This document shows positions 1-14,610 of a DNA stretch of 64,000 nucleotides, in pieces. Source of the stretch: the human T2T-CHM13v2.0 reference genome, Homo sapiens. Position numbers and translations under genes: made by a program. The DNA lies in assembly GCF_009914755.1 (NCBI RefSeq), contig NC_060940.1; one strand, given 5' to 3'. Numbering within the stretch: position 1 is the stretch's first letter; every line of letters begins with the position of its first letter. The notes beneath the pieces are model-generated. The model worked only from the letters and a program-made list of their open reading frames with translations. It was not told the DNA's origin and searched no databases.

Positions 1-276
1 TGAAACACCCAGATCCCTTTTTGGTTCCTTCCTCTACCCCATCTGCTTCTCTCCACTCCCCTTACTGTTGGCAGCATCCCCTCGCCTTGGCAGTCCAGCT
101 TTTGAGAGTCACTGTGATCAACCCAGCAATTCCTACTGGGGAAAAAAAAAAGAAAAAGTAGGGAGCCATGATAGGTGCACCATGTCTATCAAAGCCATCA
201 AAATGGCTATTTTAGAAAAAAACCTCAATAAATCTTATTGTTGATCTTGTTACACATGATAACAGCATTTTCTTAT

Positions 277-384
277 TTTTTTAATTTATTTTTTTTAAGA
301 GATAGGGCCTTGCTTTGTTGCCCAAGCAGGACTTACAGTCTTGCATTCAAGTGATCTTCCCATCTCAGCCTCCTGAATAGCTGT
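277..384 (-). mobile_element. Alu monomer fragment (FLAM-like)
   Basis: T-rich tail, then gttgcccaagc...caagtgatcttcccatctcagcctcctgaatagctg. Confidence 0.75.
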
Positions 385-790
385 GCATTCTTGTTCTATA
401 AGAAAGTATCTGTAATTTCTAGTGGCACAATTGGATTATAAAGTAGAGGTTAAATGATAGGAACTCTGGACTTGCTTAAAATACTTTAGAAAATAAATGA
501 ATAGGTAAATAGCAAGGTAAAGCAATGGTGGCAAGCTCTTAATTACTGTTGAATATGGGTACTGAGTATATAAAACCCATTATATAACATGTTCTACTTT
601 TGTGCATATTGAAACTTTTTATTAAGCATATACACATGCACACACACGTATAATTCTCAGCCCTATAACATTCTACAATTCAATAGGAATATATGATTCC
701 AAGATTCTATAATTCTTTCTTTCTTACCAATTAATTGGTGCTTGAGATTGATGTAACTGAATGAATAGATGACTTCATAAAAAGTAAATG

Positions 791-1180
791 AGCTTGGGCC
801 TGGTGGCACACGCCTGTAATCTCAACAGTTTTGGAAGCTTAGGCAGGCAGGTTACTTGAGCCCAGAATTTGAGACCAGCCTGGGCGACATGGCAAAATCT
901 CATCTTTACCAAAAAAAGTAAAATAAAATTATATATAAATATAAATGTATTTATAGTGTGTGCATATATATAAAAATATATAAACACATGCACAACGTGT
1001 GTATTTTTATATATATACACACACAAATTAGCTGGGCACAGTGGTGCGCACCTGTAGTCTCAGCTACTCGGGAAGCTAAGGTGAGAGTACTGCTTAAGCC
1101 CAGGAGCTCAAGGCTACAGTGAGATGTGATCAAACCACTGTACTGGGTGACAGAGCAAGACCCTCTCTCAAAATAAAATA
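791..1180 (+). mobile_element. AluJ with expanded AT/CA-rich central linker
   Basis: Both arms present, J-type ttgagcccag motifs, ~115-bp linker at 910-1025. Confidence 0.9.
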
Positions 1181-1755
1181 ATAATTTATAATGAAACCAA
1201 CACATACAATTAAAGAAATAAAAAATAGGCCAAATAGCATCTATACTTCACCTTCCCAACATGTTAGCTTTTACAGGTAGCTGTCTGGCATTTGTTTCAT
1301 TGCTGTCCATCTAGTTTGGAGTTTTGCTTTATTGATTTATGATATTATCAAGCACAGACTGTGAACTGGATCTTATATTGTGGCAATATTAGCTTTCTGG
1401 CTGCTTTGAATTTGCAGTCTTAACCCCCAAAGAGAGAAATCAGAAATGACAGCATTTTGGCCAAATACAAGCGTCCAGTGCATTTGTCATCGGAGTGATC
1501 GGAGTGAATCTCTCATTTTTACTTGTGCTGCTACTTTACATGTAGTGACTTCAAGTACAGAGTGAAAACTTAATACTCGTTCATTGTTCCAGAAATATTT
1601 ATTGGGTACTGGCTCCCCGCCAGGCTCTGGGCAGGGCCTAGATGCTGTGTCAGCGAACAGGAGAGATTCAGTCCGTGTGTTCGTGGAGGTTGCATTTAGA
1701 CGGGCATTTCATTATGAAACAACACACGGGAAACTATACTTGAAATATGCATCCT

Positions 1756-2210
<455 letters not shown>

Positions 2211-2302
2211 TTAGAAAGCCACTTCTTCCTGGAATTCATGTATCCAGACACATTTTTATCTTGATGAATTTGGGGTTGCATGTCTCAAAAATGACTGTAC
2301 GT

Positions 2303-2984
2303 GTTTTAAAATTTTATGTTCTGGGGTACATGTCCAGGACGTGCAGATTTGTTACACAGGTAAACGTGTGCCATAGTGATTTGCTGCACCTATCAACCCA
2401 TCACCTAGTTATTAAGCCCCATACGCATTAGCTGTTTATCCTGATGCTTTCCCTCCTCCTTCCCCTCTACGAGGCCCCATTGTGTGTAGTTCCCCTCCCT
2501 GTGTCCATGTGTTCTCATTGTTCAGCTCCCACCTGGAAGTGAGAACATGTGGTGTTTGGTTTTCTGTGTTAGTTTGCTAAGGATAATGGCTTCCAGTTCC
2601 ATCCATGTCCCTGCAAAAAACATCTCATTCCTTTTTATGGCCGTATAGCATTCCATGTTGCATATGTACCACGTTTTCTTTATCTGGTCTATCATTGATG
2701 GGCATTTTGGTTGACTCCACGTCTTTGCTACAGTGAATAGTGCTGCAGTGAACATACGCGTGCATGTATCTTTATAATAGAATGATTTGTATTCCTTTGG
2801 GTATATACCCAGTAATAGGATTGCTGGGTCAAATGGTGTTTCTTGTTCTGAATCTTTGAGGAATCACCACACTGTCTTTCACAATGGTTGAACAAATTTA
2901 CATTCCCACTAACAGTGTAAAAGCATTCCTATTTCTCCAGAGCCTTGTCAGCATCTGTTGTTTCTTGACTTTTTAATAATCGCC
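2303..2984 (-). mobile_element. L1PA 3' end (ORF2 C-terminus and 3'UTR), 5'-truncated
   Basis: ORF 2522-2755 resembles L1 ORF2 C-terminus (MFTAALFTVAKTWSQPKCPS); degenerate TSD caaaaatg(a/g)ct(g/a)tac at 2286 and 2984. Confidence 0.95.
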
Positions 2985-3345
2985 AAAAATGGCTATACAT
3001 TTTTTAATATACCTGAGGCTGCTGCCTTCCAAACCTACTGACTAATAGTCCCTGAGAGTGGAAGTCAGCACTCTGCATTTTAGCAAGCTTCCTAGAGAAT
3101 TTGTGGGTGAACAGATGAGTGTTCATCTGACTACTGATTGGGGACAATGACAGAAAGATATCAGAATGTGCTTTGAACCATCTTGGAACAATTCATTGTG
3201 GTTATTAGGATTAAAAGGGAAGAGAAATGTCAGCTCTCATATTCACATCCCTTAAAAATCAAGCATTAGGATATAATAATTCATTTAATATAAATGTTAT
3301 AACCATATGACCAATTTCCAGTTATTGTAAGCAGTTAGGTCTTTC

Positions 3346-3608
3346 AGTCTCTCTCCTCTCTCTCTCTCTCTCTCTCGCTCTCTATCTCTCTTCCTCTCTC
3401 TCTTCCTCCTCTGTCTCTCCTTACTCTTTCTTCCTCTCTCTCCCCTCTCTTCTCTCTCCTATCTATCTCCTCTCCCTCTTTCTTCCTCCTCTTTCCCTCT
3501 TCCTCCTCTCTCTCCGTCCTGTCTCCCTCCTCTCTCTCTCTCCTCTCTCTTTCTCTCTCTTCTTCCTCCTCTATCTCTCCTCTCTCTTTCTGTCTTCTTC
3601 CCTCTCTG
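3346..3608. repeat. CT-rich low-complexity polypyrimidine tract
   Basis: ~260 bp of almost pure C/T. Confidence 0.95.
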
Positions 3609-4379
3609 TATTATGTCTGCCTATGTGGGCATGTGAGTGTGCAAATAAGAAATAATTATTTTAGAATTTTGTGGTTTCCCCCTGCTGTATATGGTTCCAA
3701 AATTCAGTGTCTACAACATAGCTCCCGAATAATGTTTCACATCCTAATGAGCGATCATAGAATGGGAGAACAAACTTAACATGACTTACATCCTCATTTA
3801 GCCTTTAAAATTCTCTTTGTCCACAAACCTCCTTGTTTCTGGAGTTGGCAACATACTGAAATAGAATATATACAAACTTGGAAACAGCTATGAGGTTGAC
3901 CTAAAACCTTAACTCTGACCCTTTACTGGGAAGGCTTTGGTAGGTGATACATCCTCTGTAATATTTTATCTTCTACATCAAAAAAGTCCTTCATTGTACA
4001 GAATTTTGAGAGAAATTAATGAGACAATGTCTCATAGCACCTGAAACAACGGGTTCTCAAGAAATACTATTTCATTGATTACTCCTCACTTTCTTAACTC
4101 TTACCAGACTTATTTTGAGTCTGTATCCTTGGTATCATCATTTTTTCTCAAATTATTTCTAAGGCAGCATTGGTTTGTGTTATAATCATTAATAGATACC
4201 TGAATTAAGTGAAATATTTCAAAGTAAAGCCATATAGTATCCTGTGGGGAAAAGCCTATCTTTTGAGCCAGAAAGACTGGCTTAAAACCCAGTATTATTG
4301 TTCACCTCTTTGTGGGTTTTGTTTATATGTTTATACACATTAGTTTTACCATCTGCAAAATGGGGATAACAGTTTTCAC

Positions 4380-5155
4380 CCTTATTCGTTTCCTGTTACT
4401 ATTTCCCAAATTGTCACAAGCTTAGTGACTTAAAACAACAGAAATTGCCCAGGTATGGTGGCTCACATGTGTAATTCTAATATTTTGGAAGGCTGAGGTG
4501 GGAGAATCGCTTGAGACCAGGAGTTTGAGATGAGCTTGGGCAACATGGCAAGACCCCATCTCTACAAAAATTAACTAGTCATGGCGGCACATGCCTGTGG
4601 TCTCAGGAGGGTGAGGTAGAAGGATAACTTGGGTCCAGGAGTTTGACGCTACAGTGAGCCATGATTGTACCACTGCATTCTAACCAGTGCATCAGAGCAA
4701 GAGCTTGTCTCAAAAACAAACAAAAACAAAAGTTGATCATCTCATAGTTGTAGAGATCAGAAGTCTGCAGTGTGTCTCACTGGACTAAAATCATGGTGCC
4801 AGCAGGGCTGTTTTTTTCTTGAGCCTGTAGAGGAGATCTTTTTTCTTGCCCTTCCCAACTTTTAGAATCCACTCTGCTCCCTTGGGTCACAGCCTTTTCC
4901 AAGTTCAAAGCCAGCCATGGCCAGGCAAGCCTTTCTTCCATCAGGTCACTCTGACCTGACCCTTCTGTCTCCCTCTCCCATATTTGAAGACCCTTGTGAT
5001 TACCTGGAGCCCATCTTGATGATCCTGAATAATTTCCCTATTTAAGGTCTGCTAATCAGCAACCTTGATTCCCTTTTACCATGTCATATGATACATTCGC
5101 AGGCTCCAGGACAGACATGGACATCTTTAGGGGCCACAATTCTGCCTTCCACAGC
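4380..5155 (-). mobile_element. MLT1 (MaLR) LTR interrupted by AluJ
   Basis: cttaaaacaacagaaatt...cagaagtctg...ggggccacaattctgccttccaca. Confidence 0.75.
4447..4730 (+). mobile_element. AluJ
   Basis: Diverged dimer with A-rich tail. Confidence 0.9.
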
Positions 5156-5271
5156 CACTTTATAGATGGTTGTTGGGATTACTGGGAAGATGTAGTAAAG
5201 TTCTTAGCACAGTGGCTGGGTATGGAGTGTAGTATGTTCTGTAGATGGAGAGGTTGACGTGGAAAATGATT

Positions 5272-5500
5272 TTCTTTTTTCTCTTTTTTATTTTTATTTT
5301 TTGAGACAGGGTCTCACTCTGTTGTCCAGGCTGGAGTGCAGTAGTGCAGTCTCAGCTCACTGCAATCTCCTCTGCCTCCCAGGCTCAATCCTCCCACCTC
5401 AGCCTCCCGAGTAACTGGGACAACAGGTGCATGCCACCACACTTGGCTAATTTTTGTATTTTTTGTAACAACGGGGTTTCACTACATTGCCCAGGCTGGT
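5272..5500 (-). mobile_element. AluJ, partial
   Basis: T tail, gagacagggtctcactctg...ttgcccaggctgg. Confidence 0.9.
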
Positions 5501-5666
5501 ATGATTTTTCTAAAATCAAGGCATTTCCTTAATTTAAAAAAAAATTTGTTTATTTCTTTACTGGATTAGCTGTTTGGGGGAATCCTGAAGTTAACCCTAT
5601 GTAAAGATTCACCCAGATGGTTCAGTGTTTCCTTCATAGATAACCCCCTTTAAAAACACTAGCAAT

Positions 5667-6127
<461 letters not shown>

Positions 6128-6265
6128 TTATCATTCTGCTGAGAGTGCATCTATGTTTTCTTTTCCACTGTTTGTTTTTAAATGTTGTAAAAACAATAAT
6201 AAAGTATGGCATTATTAGTAAGCATGAATTATGGAAGAAACTCATCTGGACCAGGGAAACATTGA

Positions 6266-6571
<306 letters not shown>

Positions 6572-7089
6572 ATCAACATTATCCTGATTATACATTAACT
6601 CAGGTGAGCTTCATATATGTGAAGAAACACTGAAAGATCAGATTGCGAAGTGGTCTTGTTACTCAGCAGCTTCCGCCAAACAATCACTACCATGATAACA
6701 TCACCAACAAAATGTCTGTGACTTTCACATCCCCTGCTTTGAGAAGTAGAAATAAAAATGTTCTGGGCATATATACCACTTATGAATTGACTGCCAAACT
6801 GTTCTTTTAAAAGTAGGTCATTTGATATGCCTGTTCCACTGATAACATATCTTAATATATAGTAGACCATAAAGTGTGGAAGATCATAATATACAATCTG
6901 CATTCACTTAGCAGCAACTTTTTCCTTAGCTGGAGCACAGATATACTTAATACCAAATTAGAAGAAAGTGTATGTTATTGTGGAAATAAGATTTTACCAT
7001 TAAGGCCTAAGAAGCAAAAGCAGGAAACCAACAGGAACCCATAAATGGTTGGAGATGACAAAGTGGACTGTAATAGTCTTTGTGTAGTT

Positions 7090-7387
7090 ATTTTTTTGAG
7101 GGGGAGGGGACGAAGTCTCTCTGTCACCCAGGCTGGAGTATAATGGTGCAATCTAGGATCACTGCAACCTCCGGCTCCCAGGTTCAAGCAATTCTCCTGC
7201 CTCAGCCTCCCAAATAGCTGAGAATACAGGCGCACACCACCACGCCTGGCTAATTTTTGTATTTTTAGTAGAGACAGGGTTTTGCCATGTTGGCCAGGCT
7301 GATCTCAAACTCCTGACCTCAGGTGATCCATCTGCCTCAGCCTCCCAAAGTGCTGGGATGTCAGGCGTGAGCCACTGTGCCTGGCCG
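7090..7387 (-). mobile_element. AluS
   Basis: Antisense dimer with ctcctgacctcaggtgatcc. Confidence 0.95.
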
Positions 7388-8508
7388 TCTTCATCTGCTT
7401 TTACATGATGCTTCCTGTTTCCCTCGGAGAGGTCTCCTTGGATGCTCTTTGCCCCCGTGTGATTCTGGTACTCATACAACTTGACATTTCTTCTCATCAC
7501 ATGAGACTCCACAGTGAGCATGGTTTTTCCTATCCGTGTTCCGCTGTTCAAGGAAACTGCCTGCAGATGCTCAGAGCTTTCTTTCTCCTTTCTTTGTGCT
7601 TTATCAGAGCAAGGATGATTCCGGCTTACCTTGTCCGTGGCTTCTGGATATTTTCACCCAGTAGAGGGCGTGAGTGGAAACTCTGAATGCAGGAGAAGCC
7701 AGAACTCATCTTCCCCTTCTCTCTCTGCTTCCCAAGGCACCCTGAGTCCTCCCTCAGGGCCCTCCTCCAAGGCCCTGTCTCCCGCTGGGCAGTGTCCACC
7801 ATGGCACGTGACCCTGGTTTCTGGTCTCTGAAGACACCTCCTCTTCCCATTGGTTGCAAGGGTTTTGGTAGCTTCTGCAGTCACCTCTTCCTCAATTCTG
7901 TTACCGTTCCTTCTTTGGCCTCTCAGATCTCCCGAGTCCCCTTGATGAAAAAATTCCTTTTGGTTGAAAAGTCCCGGAATAGTTCCTGTTTCTTGCATTA
8001 TTCTAATATATTTACGTCTAAAACAACCCTCCCCTCTTGCATATGGTACATGATGCATCTAGGGATTATCCCTGGTAAGAATTTGCTCATCTTTTATTTT
8101 CTGTTTGTTTAATTATTTTGAAGGAATTTTAGACTCAGGGTAAGTTTAGCTTTATAGAGAGTCCTAGTATACTCTTGACCAATATTCCCCTAAATGTTAA
8201 AATTTTGCATGATCACAACACATTTCTCAAAACTAAGAAACCAACTTTGGGATGATATTACAAACTAAACTGCAGGCATACGTTTTTAATAAAACCAACA
8301 TTGCCACTGCTTTTAAAAGTAGTAAATAAAAACACATATCATGTATGCATATGTGTGTATGTGCAGATCTCTAATTACGTATATTGACTTATTTAAGTTT
8401 CACGTGTACTTACAGCACAAACTACTTTTACAAGGCAGTTGGAATTGGATGGTGAGCTTGCCATGAGGCTAGAGCCATTCATTTCCCAGATGTTAAAAAC
8501 ATTTGTTT

Positions 8509-8825
<317 letters not shown>

Positions 8826-8947
8826 TTTGTTTGTTCCAGAGGGCTGTTTCCTTAAAACTGAAAGTGAAGATTACCAAATTCAGTTTGACAAACAAAGCCC
8901 CCGTACAGTTCACGTGCCAAGTGAGAGAAGGCAGGTGCCAGTCCCAG

Positions 8948-8949
<2 letters not shown>

Positions 8950-8985
<36 letters not shown>

Positions 8986-8997
8986 TGTGTGTGTGTG
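8950..8997. repeat. (TG)n microsatellite
   Basis: ~24 units with one interruption. Confidence 0.97.
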
Positions 8998-9640
8998 TTT
9001 TGGAATTCACAGGATAAATACTGTGGTACAGGAACTGTCAGGCCTGATTAATACTTTTGCACTCGCGGTGCATGTGCCTTGATCTATAGGCATTATGCTT
9101 GCTGCGTGGGTCCCTCACAAGGCAGCCATTAGCATCAGCTTCCAAGCAGCTCCCCCACTGTGCACTTCCCTTCCCTGTCATATGCTTGGCTGTCATCTTT
9201 GCTAAAGGATTTTCAGGTTGGTTTGCAATAAGGGTAAACTTGGGAAGGATGGAGAGCAATTTCCTTTGAATGCTCAGGATGGTGGGGGCTGGTTCTTAGC
9301 ACACAGAAAATCCATATGAGAATGCCTAGGACAAAGCGGGGGAATGATTTCTGTATACGGTGTGGTGTTTAGTACGTGAAACCCTTAGGCCCCCTTAAAG
9401 TCTTCCGCTCCAACCCTTAAACAGTTAAGCATATAGATTAGCATCACTTACATGCAAGGACATTGTAAAATATGATATGTTTACAAAATGCTATGGAACG
9501 CTAGATGATTATTAAACATAATGAGGTTGAAATCTAATTCCATAATATGAAGATGCCCATGTTTTATTCAGTAGAATAAGCAACTTGTAGAGTAACATAA
9601 GTAGTGTGTTATCTCATTTTTTAAAAAAGGTAGATAAGTA

Positions 9641-9933
<293 letters not shown>

Positions 9934-10439
9934 TTATACAGCAATTACTAACCAGAGTTTTTCTTTTGTAAGTGAGTTTAGGTGAAACTTTCCCTTTCTA
10001 CATTGTAAGTTGCTTTATTGTTTGTAGATTTTATAACGAATAGGTAATATTTTTGGAATTCCCAAAAAATATTGAATTTCCCATGTAAGATAATATTTTC
10101 TACAGATCATATCATTCAGATCTTGTTTCTTCTAAGTAATGAAATTCTGATGCATTTCATACTGCCTGCTGCAAGTAAGGATGTCTGAAATGGACAATAA
10201 TAAACTAAAGATAGAAAGAATCCCTTCTGAGTCTTAACACTGGATGGACTTCCTGCCCTCCAGCCATCTTTAAATATCATGCCAGGTATGAAGAATTAAC
10301 ATCCCTGATTTTTCTTTTAGAAAGAATATTGGTATCTGCCTAGAAAGAAGATGGTTATTAAAAAGAATAAAAGCAGACCTGCTTTTTCCTGCCCAGTTAA
10401 TCTTTACCGGGACAGGACAAACCAATCACTGCGGAATGT

Positions 10440-10880
10440 TTTGTGGGTGTCCTGAGGCTGCTGTAACTGAGTATCACAGACTGGACGACTTAGAACATCA
10501 GAAATGTCTTCGCCTAGTTCTGGAGGTTGCATGTCTGAAATCAAAGTGTGGGCAGGCTTGGTTCCTTCTGCAGGATCTGAGGAAGTAGCCTCTTTCCTTA
10601 CTCCTAGTGATTTGCCCCACAGTCTTTGGTGTTCCTCGGCTTATGGGTCTATCACTCCAGTCTCTGGCTTTATCTTCGTGTGGCATTTTCCATCTGTCTC
10701 TGACTTCACATGGCCATTTTATTTATGAGGACATCAGTCATATTGACCTAGGGACTCACCCTACTCCAGGGTTACCTCATCTTAACTAATCACTTCTATT
10801 AATAAAGTGACTCTGTGTTTGAAAATGTTTGCATTTGGAGGTATCCGGGGTTAGGACTTCACCGTATCTTTTTGTTGCTA
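10440..10880 (-). mobile_element. MLT1 (MaLR) LTR
   Basis: ggctgctgtaac...ttctggagg...tctgaaatcaa...ggggttaggacttca. Confidence 0.75.
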
Positions 10881-11244
10881 ACAGACACTTTAAAAATATA
10901 GATGACTGCATCCCAATTACCAGTCGAATTGTTTTGGGCATTATTTATTAAGAGAAATAACCATTGTGATGCATAAGATGATCTGTGAGCCCTGTGCTGC
11001 AGACGAGGGCCATGTGGATGGTATCGTGAAAACAGTTGCACCTTTGCTTAAGGCAAACTCATTGTATAAAATACAGTTTGCAAAACAGTTATTTTGTGGG
11101 TGGCCTATTTTTCCCTCTAGAAATGGCATTTTTTACTCTATAAAGGAATGAAAACTTCTTATACAGAGAACTTCCCAGTGGATTTAGACTAGAATCTCAT
11201 TCACTGGTGCTAATAATTCCAAAATACATTCGTATTTAAGATCC

Positions 11245-11524
<280 letters not shown>

Positions 11525-12322
11525 TCCTCTGTCCCAATAAATATGGCCACAGGAAAATTCCTCATTTCCTCAAAATAAAGAACTTCTTTCACATGAAATG
11601 TCCATGTGCTTTCCATCAGCCTTTCCCTCTCCAGGAAAACATCAATGCAAACACTTGTATTTCCCTCCTTTGAAAGTCTCTCTATATAGCTTCCGTCTTT
11701 TCTCATGCACGTGAGAAGTCAGCTCTGCCATTAACAGCAGATGGATGGAGACACAGCCGCATTTCCCTTCTCACAGGCACTGTCTGCTTGGCACGTGGAA
11801 CTGCGTTTCCTTGCTCGCGAATCCTCATGTGATACGCATCTCCCCATCCCTCATAACCTCCCTCGGTGCAGAAACTATCTGTGAACAGTGGTACCGGTCC
11901 CTTGACGTTGTAGCTTGACTTGCTGAACTCTGATTCTGAATCCATATATAGACGCAGGGACACTGCCCAGTTTTGCGTTTAGGAAAGTCAGACTGTCATC
12001 GGTGTGGAGGGCTGTGCAGCAGATGAGGACAGGGCCCCAATCCCAAACTGAAGAATCTTTTATAGGAAGTGTCAGGCCTTTTTGCAGGAGCAAATTTTTC
12101 ATCATTGTATGTGTATTTAACTTTTCTGTTCTTTGGTAACTGGATAAACAGTGAATAATAAATGAATGTCTGTGCTCATATTCTCCTGTCCTTTAAAAAT
12201 TATATTAACTTATTTTTAATCAGTTTATTAGTTATATGCTATATTACATGCTATAATCTGTAGAGAAATCCACCCCCAACCGTGCCCAGTGATAGTGACT
12301 CAAATACAGTAAAAATGTTTGG

Positions 12323-12674
12323 TTTTTTTTTTTTTGGCCAGGCGTGATGGCTCACGCCTGTAATCCCAACACTTCGGGAGGCCGAGGCGGGTGGATCACG
12401 AGGTCAGGAGATCGAGACCATCCTGGCTAACAAGGTGAAACCCCGACTCTACTAAAAATACAAAAAATTAGCCAGGCATGGTGGCGGGCGTCTGTAGTCC
12501 CAGGTACTCAGGAGGCTGAGGCAGGAGAATAGCATGAACCTGGAGGCGGAGCTTGCAGTGAGCCGAGATCGTGCCACTGCACTCCAGCCTGGGCAACAGA
12601 GCAAGACTCAGGTGATCTACCTGCCTCTGCCTCCCAAAGTTCTGGGATTGCAGGCATGAGCCACCATGCCCGGC
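12323..12674. mobile_element. Composite Alu: T13, tailless sense AluY (12336-12609), antisense Alu 5' end (12610-12674)
   Basis: AluY diagnostics (gatcacgaggtcaggagatcg, ggcggagcttgcag) fused at gactc|aggtgatc to an antisense left-arm start. Confidence 0.9.
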
Positions 12675-12767
12675 AATAAGTTTTCTTAATTCATTGCAAA
12701 AGGCAGGGCTTTTCTGACAAGAGTGAGCTACAGCCATTATTCTGATTAATGCTGCCATAGTCTAACA

Positions 12768-12984
12768 TCACGGAATGGCAAACTAGAGACTATGGGCCAC
12801 CTCTAGCCTCTGTCTGTTTATGTAAATTAAGTTTTATTGGAACACAGTCATGCTCATTTGTTTACATATTGTCTCTGGTTGGCTTCCTGCCACGACAGCA
12901 GAGTTTTGCAACCGAGACCTTATGTCCTGGCTTTGAAGATACATACTATCTGCTTCTTTGTAGGAAAAGTTTGTTGATTACCGG
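12768..12984 (+). mobile_element. MER58A (hAT-Charlie) DNA transposon
   Basis: ggcaaacta...gttttattggaacacag...tttacatattgtct...gaaaagtttg. Confidence 0.85.
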
Positions 12985-13539
12985 TATACAGTGTTGATCT
13001 TTGAGCAGGGTACTTAAGAACGTAGAGGTGCTTTGGCCCACCACGAAGAGTTTTGGAAGACGTAAGACTTAAGTGGTACAAGGAGAGGTCCTCCATCCCT
13101 GACTATAAGCACTTGTCCACCTTGATCTCATCTGTATAGGGTTCAGTGAAACTTCTGCTTGGAAAAATACATGTTTGAAATCAATTACATGAAGCAAATA
13201 TTGTCTAGAGTGTGAAGGAAAGGGAACCTGATCTGCCTGCTTGGAGGTCTACAAAGCCTCAAAAACAGATAGGCAGTTGCCCTTAACCTATACAGCAGAG
13301 ACATTGTGTATCTAAAGGCATGGATGTCCAGCTAGGAATTATGACACTCATGCAGAGGGACATGAGGAGGGGGTAGTTTGGGTCTGACTCTCCAGTTCAC
13401 TTCTCATGGATGTAATTGATTTCAAACTTGTATTTTTCCTAGCAGAAGTTTCACTGGACCCTATAGAGATGAGATCAAGATGGCCATGTGGTTATAGACA
13501 GGGCTGGAGGACCTTTCCTCCTACCACTTACATGTGGGG

Positions 13540-14190
13540 GTTCCAAAGATTTACTAAATGCTTTGCATGTGTTCCAGGTGTCAGAGCCCATCACAGGCAG
13601 GGTTTTGACTCTCAGGGAGCCTGCAGTCTTGTGGAGGGAAGGTGGGCAATAAGGAAGAAGAGACAGCATAGATATTTTGTGCAATTTCAGCCAGAGGAAA
13701 TATGGCAAGACAGTAGACAGTGGGGGATAAAGTACAGCAATTTTCTTTTATTTAGGAAGATTAGAGAATTCCTCCTTGAGGAAGTGATGTGAGTTTCAAT
13801 AAGGATGGAAAGTACCATGGAGGTCTAGAAGTGTCTGGGGGCAGGGGTAACAGCAAAAACAAAACTTTTCAAACATGGAGGTGGTGTTGGTGCATGCTGG
13901 TGTCTTGCAAGTGCTTTCAGAAGGCTACCCTTATCTTTTCCTATCCACCTGGCAAATACCTCCTCATATGCATGCAAGACTTTGCTCAAATGCAGCAATC
14001 CTTGTGTTTGTTTCTGCTGCTCTAGGCGGGAATCCCATCCCCTTTCTTCCACCTTATCCTAACCGTCAGTGCTCCCAGTGTTACAGGGACATGAGGAGGG
14101 GTTAGTTTGGGTCTGACTCTCCAGTTCACCTCCCAGCACCCTGCCTAGTGGTCTACCCATCACTGATACTTAACAGTTATTGAATATGAT
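13540..14190. mobile_element. L2 fragments (antisense ~13540-13880, sense 3' end ~13920-14190)
   Basis: Diverged L2 3' motifs (ctcagggagcctgcagtcttgtggag; cccagcacc...ttattgaat). Confidence 0.55.
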
Positions 14191-14229
14191 TATGTGTATA
14201 CCCTAGAAAAATAAGCAACAAAACCGTTC

Positions 14230-14610
14230 ATTGTAATAGATGACATTGACTGAACACTTACTTAAAACGCAGTTTCAAGCCCTTAGCATATATAAAGCCA
14301 TTCAGTATGCCAAATAACCATAAAAGGTAGGGACTATCATTATTTATAGAAGAAGATACTGAAACACAGGAAGACTAGTGTGTCAGAAGTCCTACATTCT
14401 GATAATAGTAGCACACACTTCCTGATGTTCATTATACATTTACCACTAGGCGTTTAATGTGGATTTTGCTTATAATCCTCATAAAAGTCTCTGGAACAAA
14501 TGCTGACATGATACTCGTTTCGAGGAGAAGAGAATCAGAATACAGAAAGGTAAAATCACTTCTCCAAGGTTACGTGGCTAGTGCGTGAGAGAACTGGCTT
14601 TCAAATTCAC
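14230..14610 (-). mobile_element. Two MIR fragments
   Basis: Diverged MIR core motifs (gaagaagatactgaaacacag; tcacttctccaaggttacgtggctagt). Confidence 0.55.

Noticed and set aside
1265-1282. Other AG|GT juxtapositions (also near 6603, 26489, 39001, 63093)
   Set aside because: Weak pyrimidine tract or weak donor; frequency is compatible with chance.
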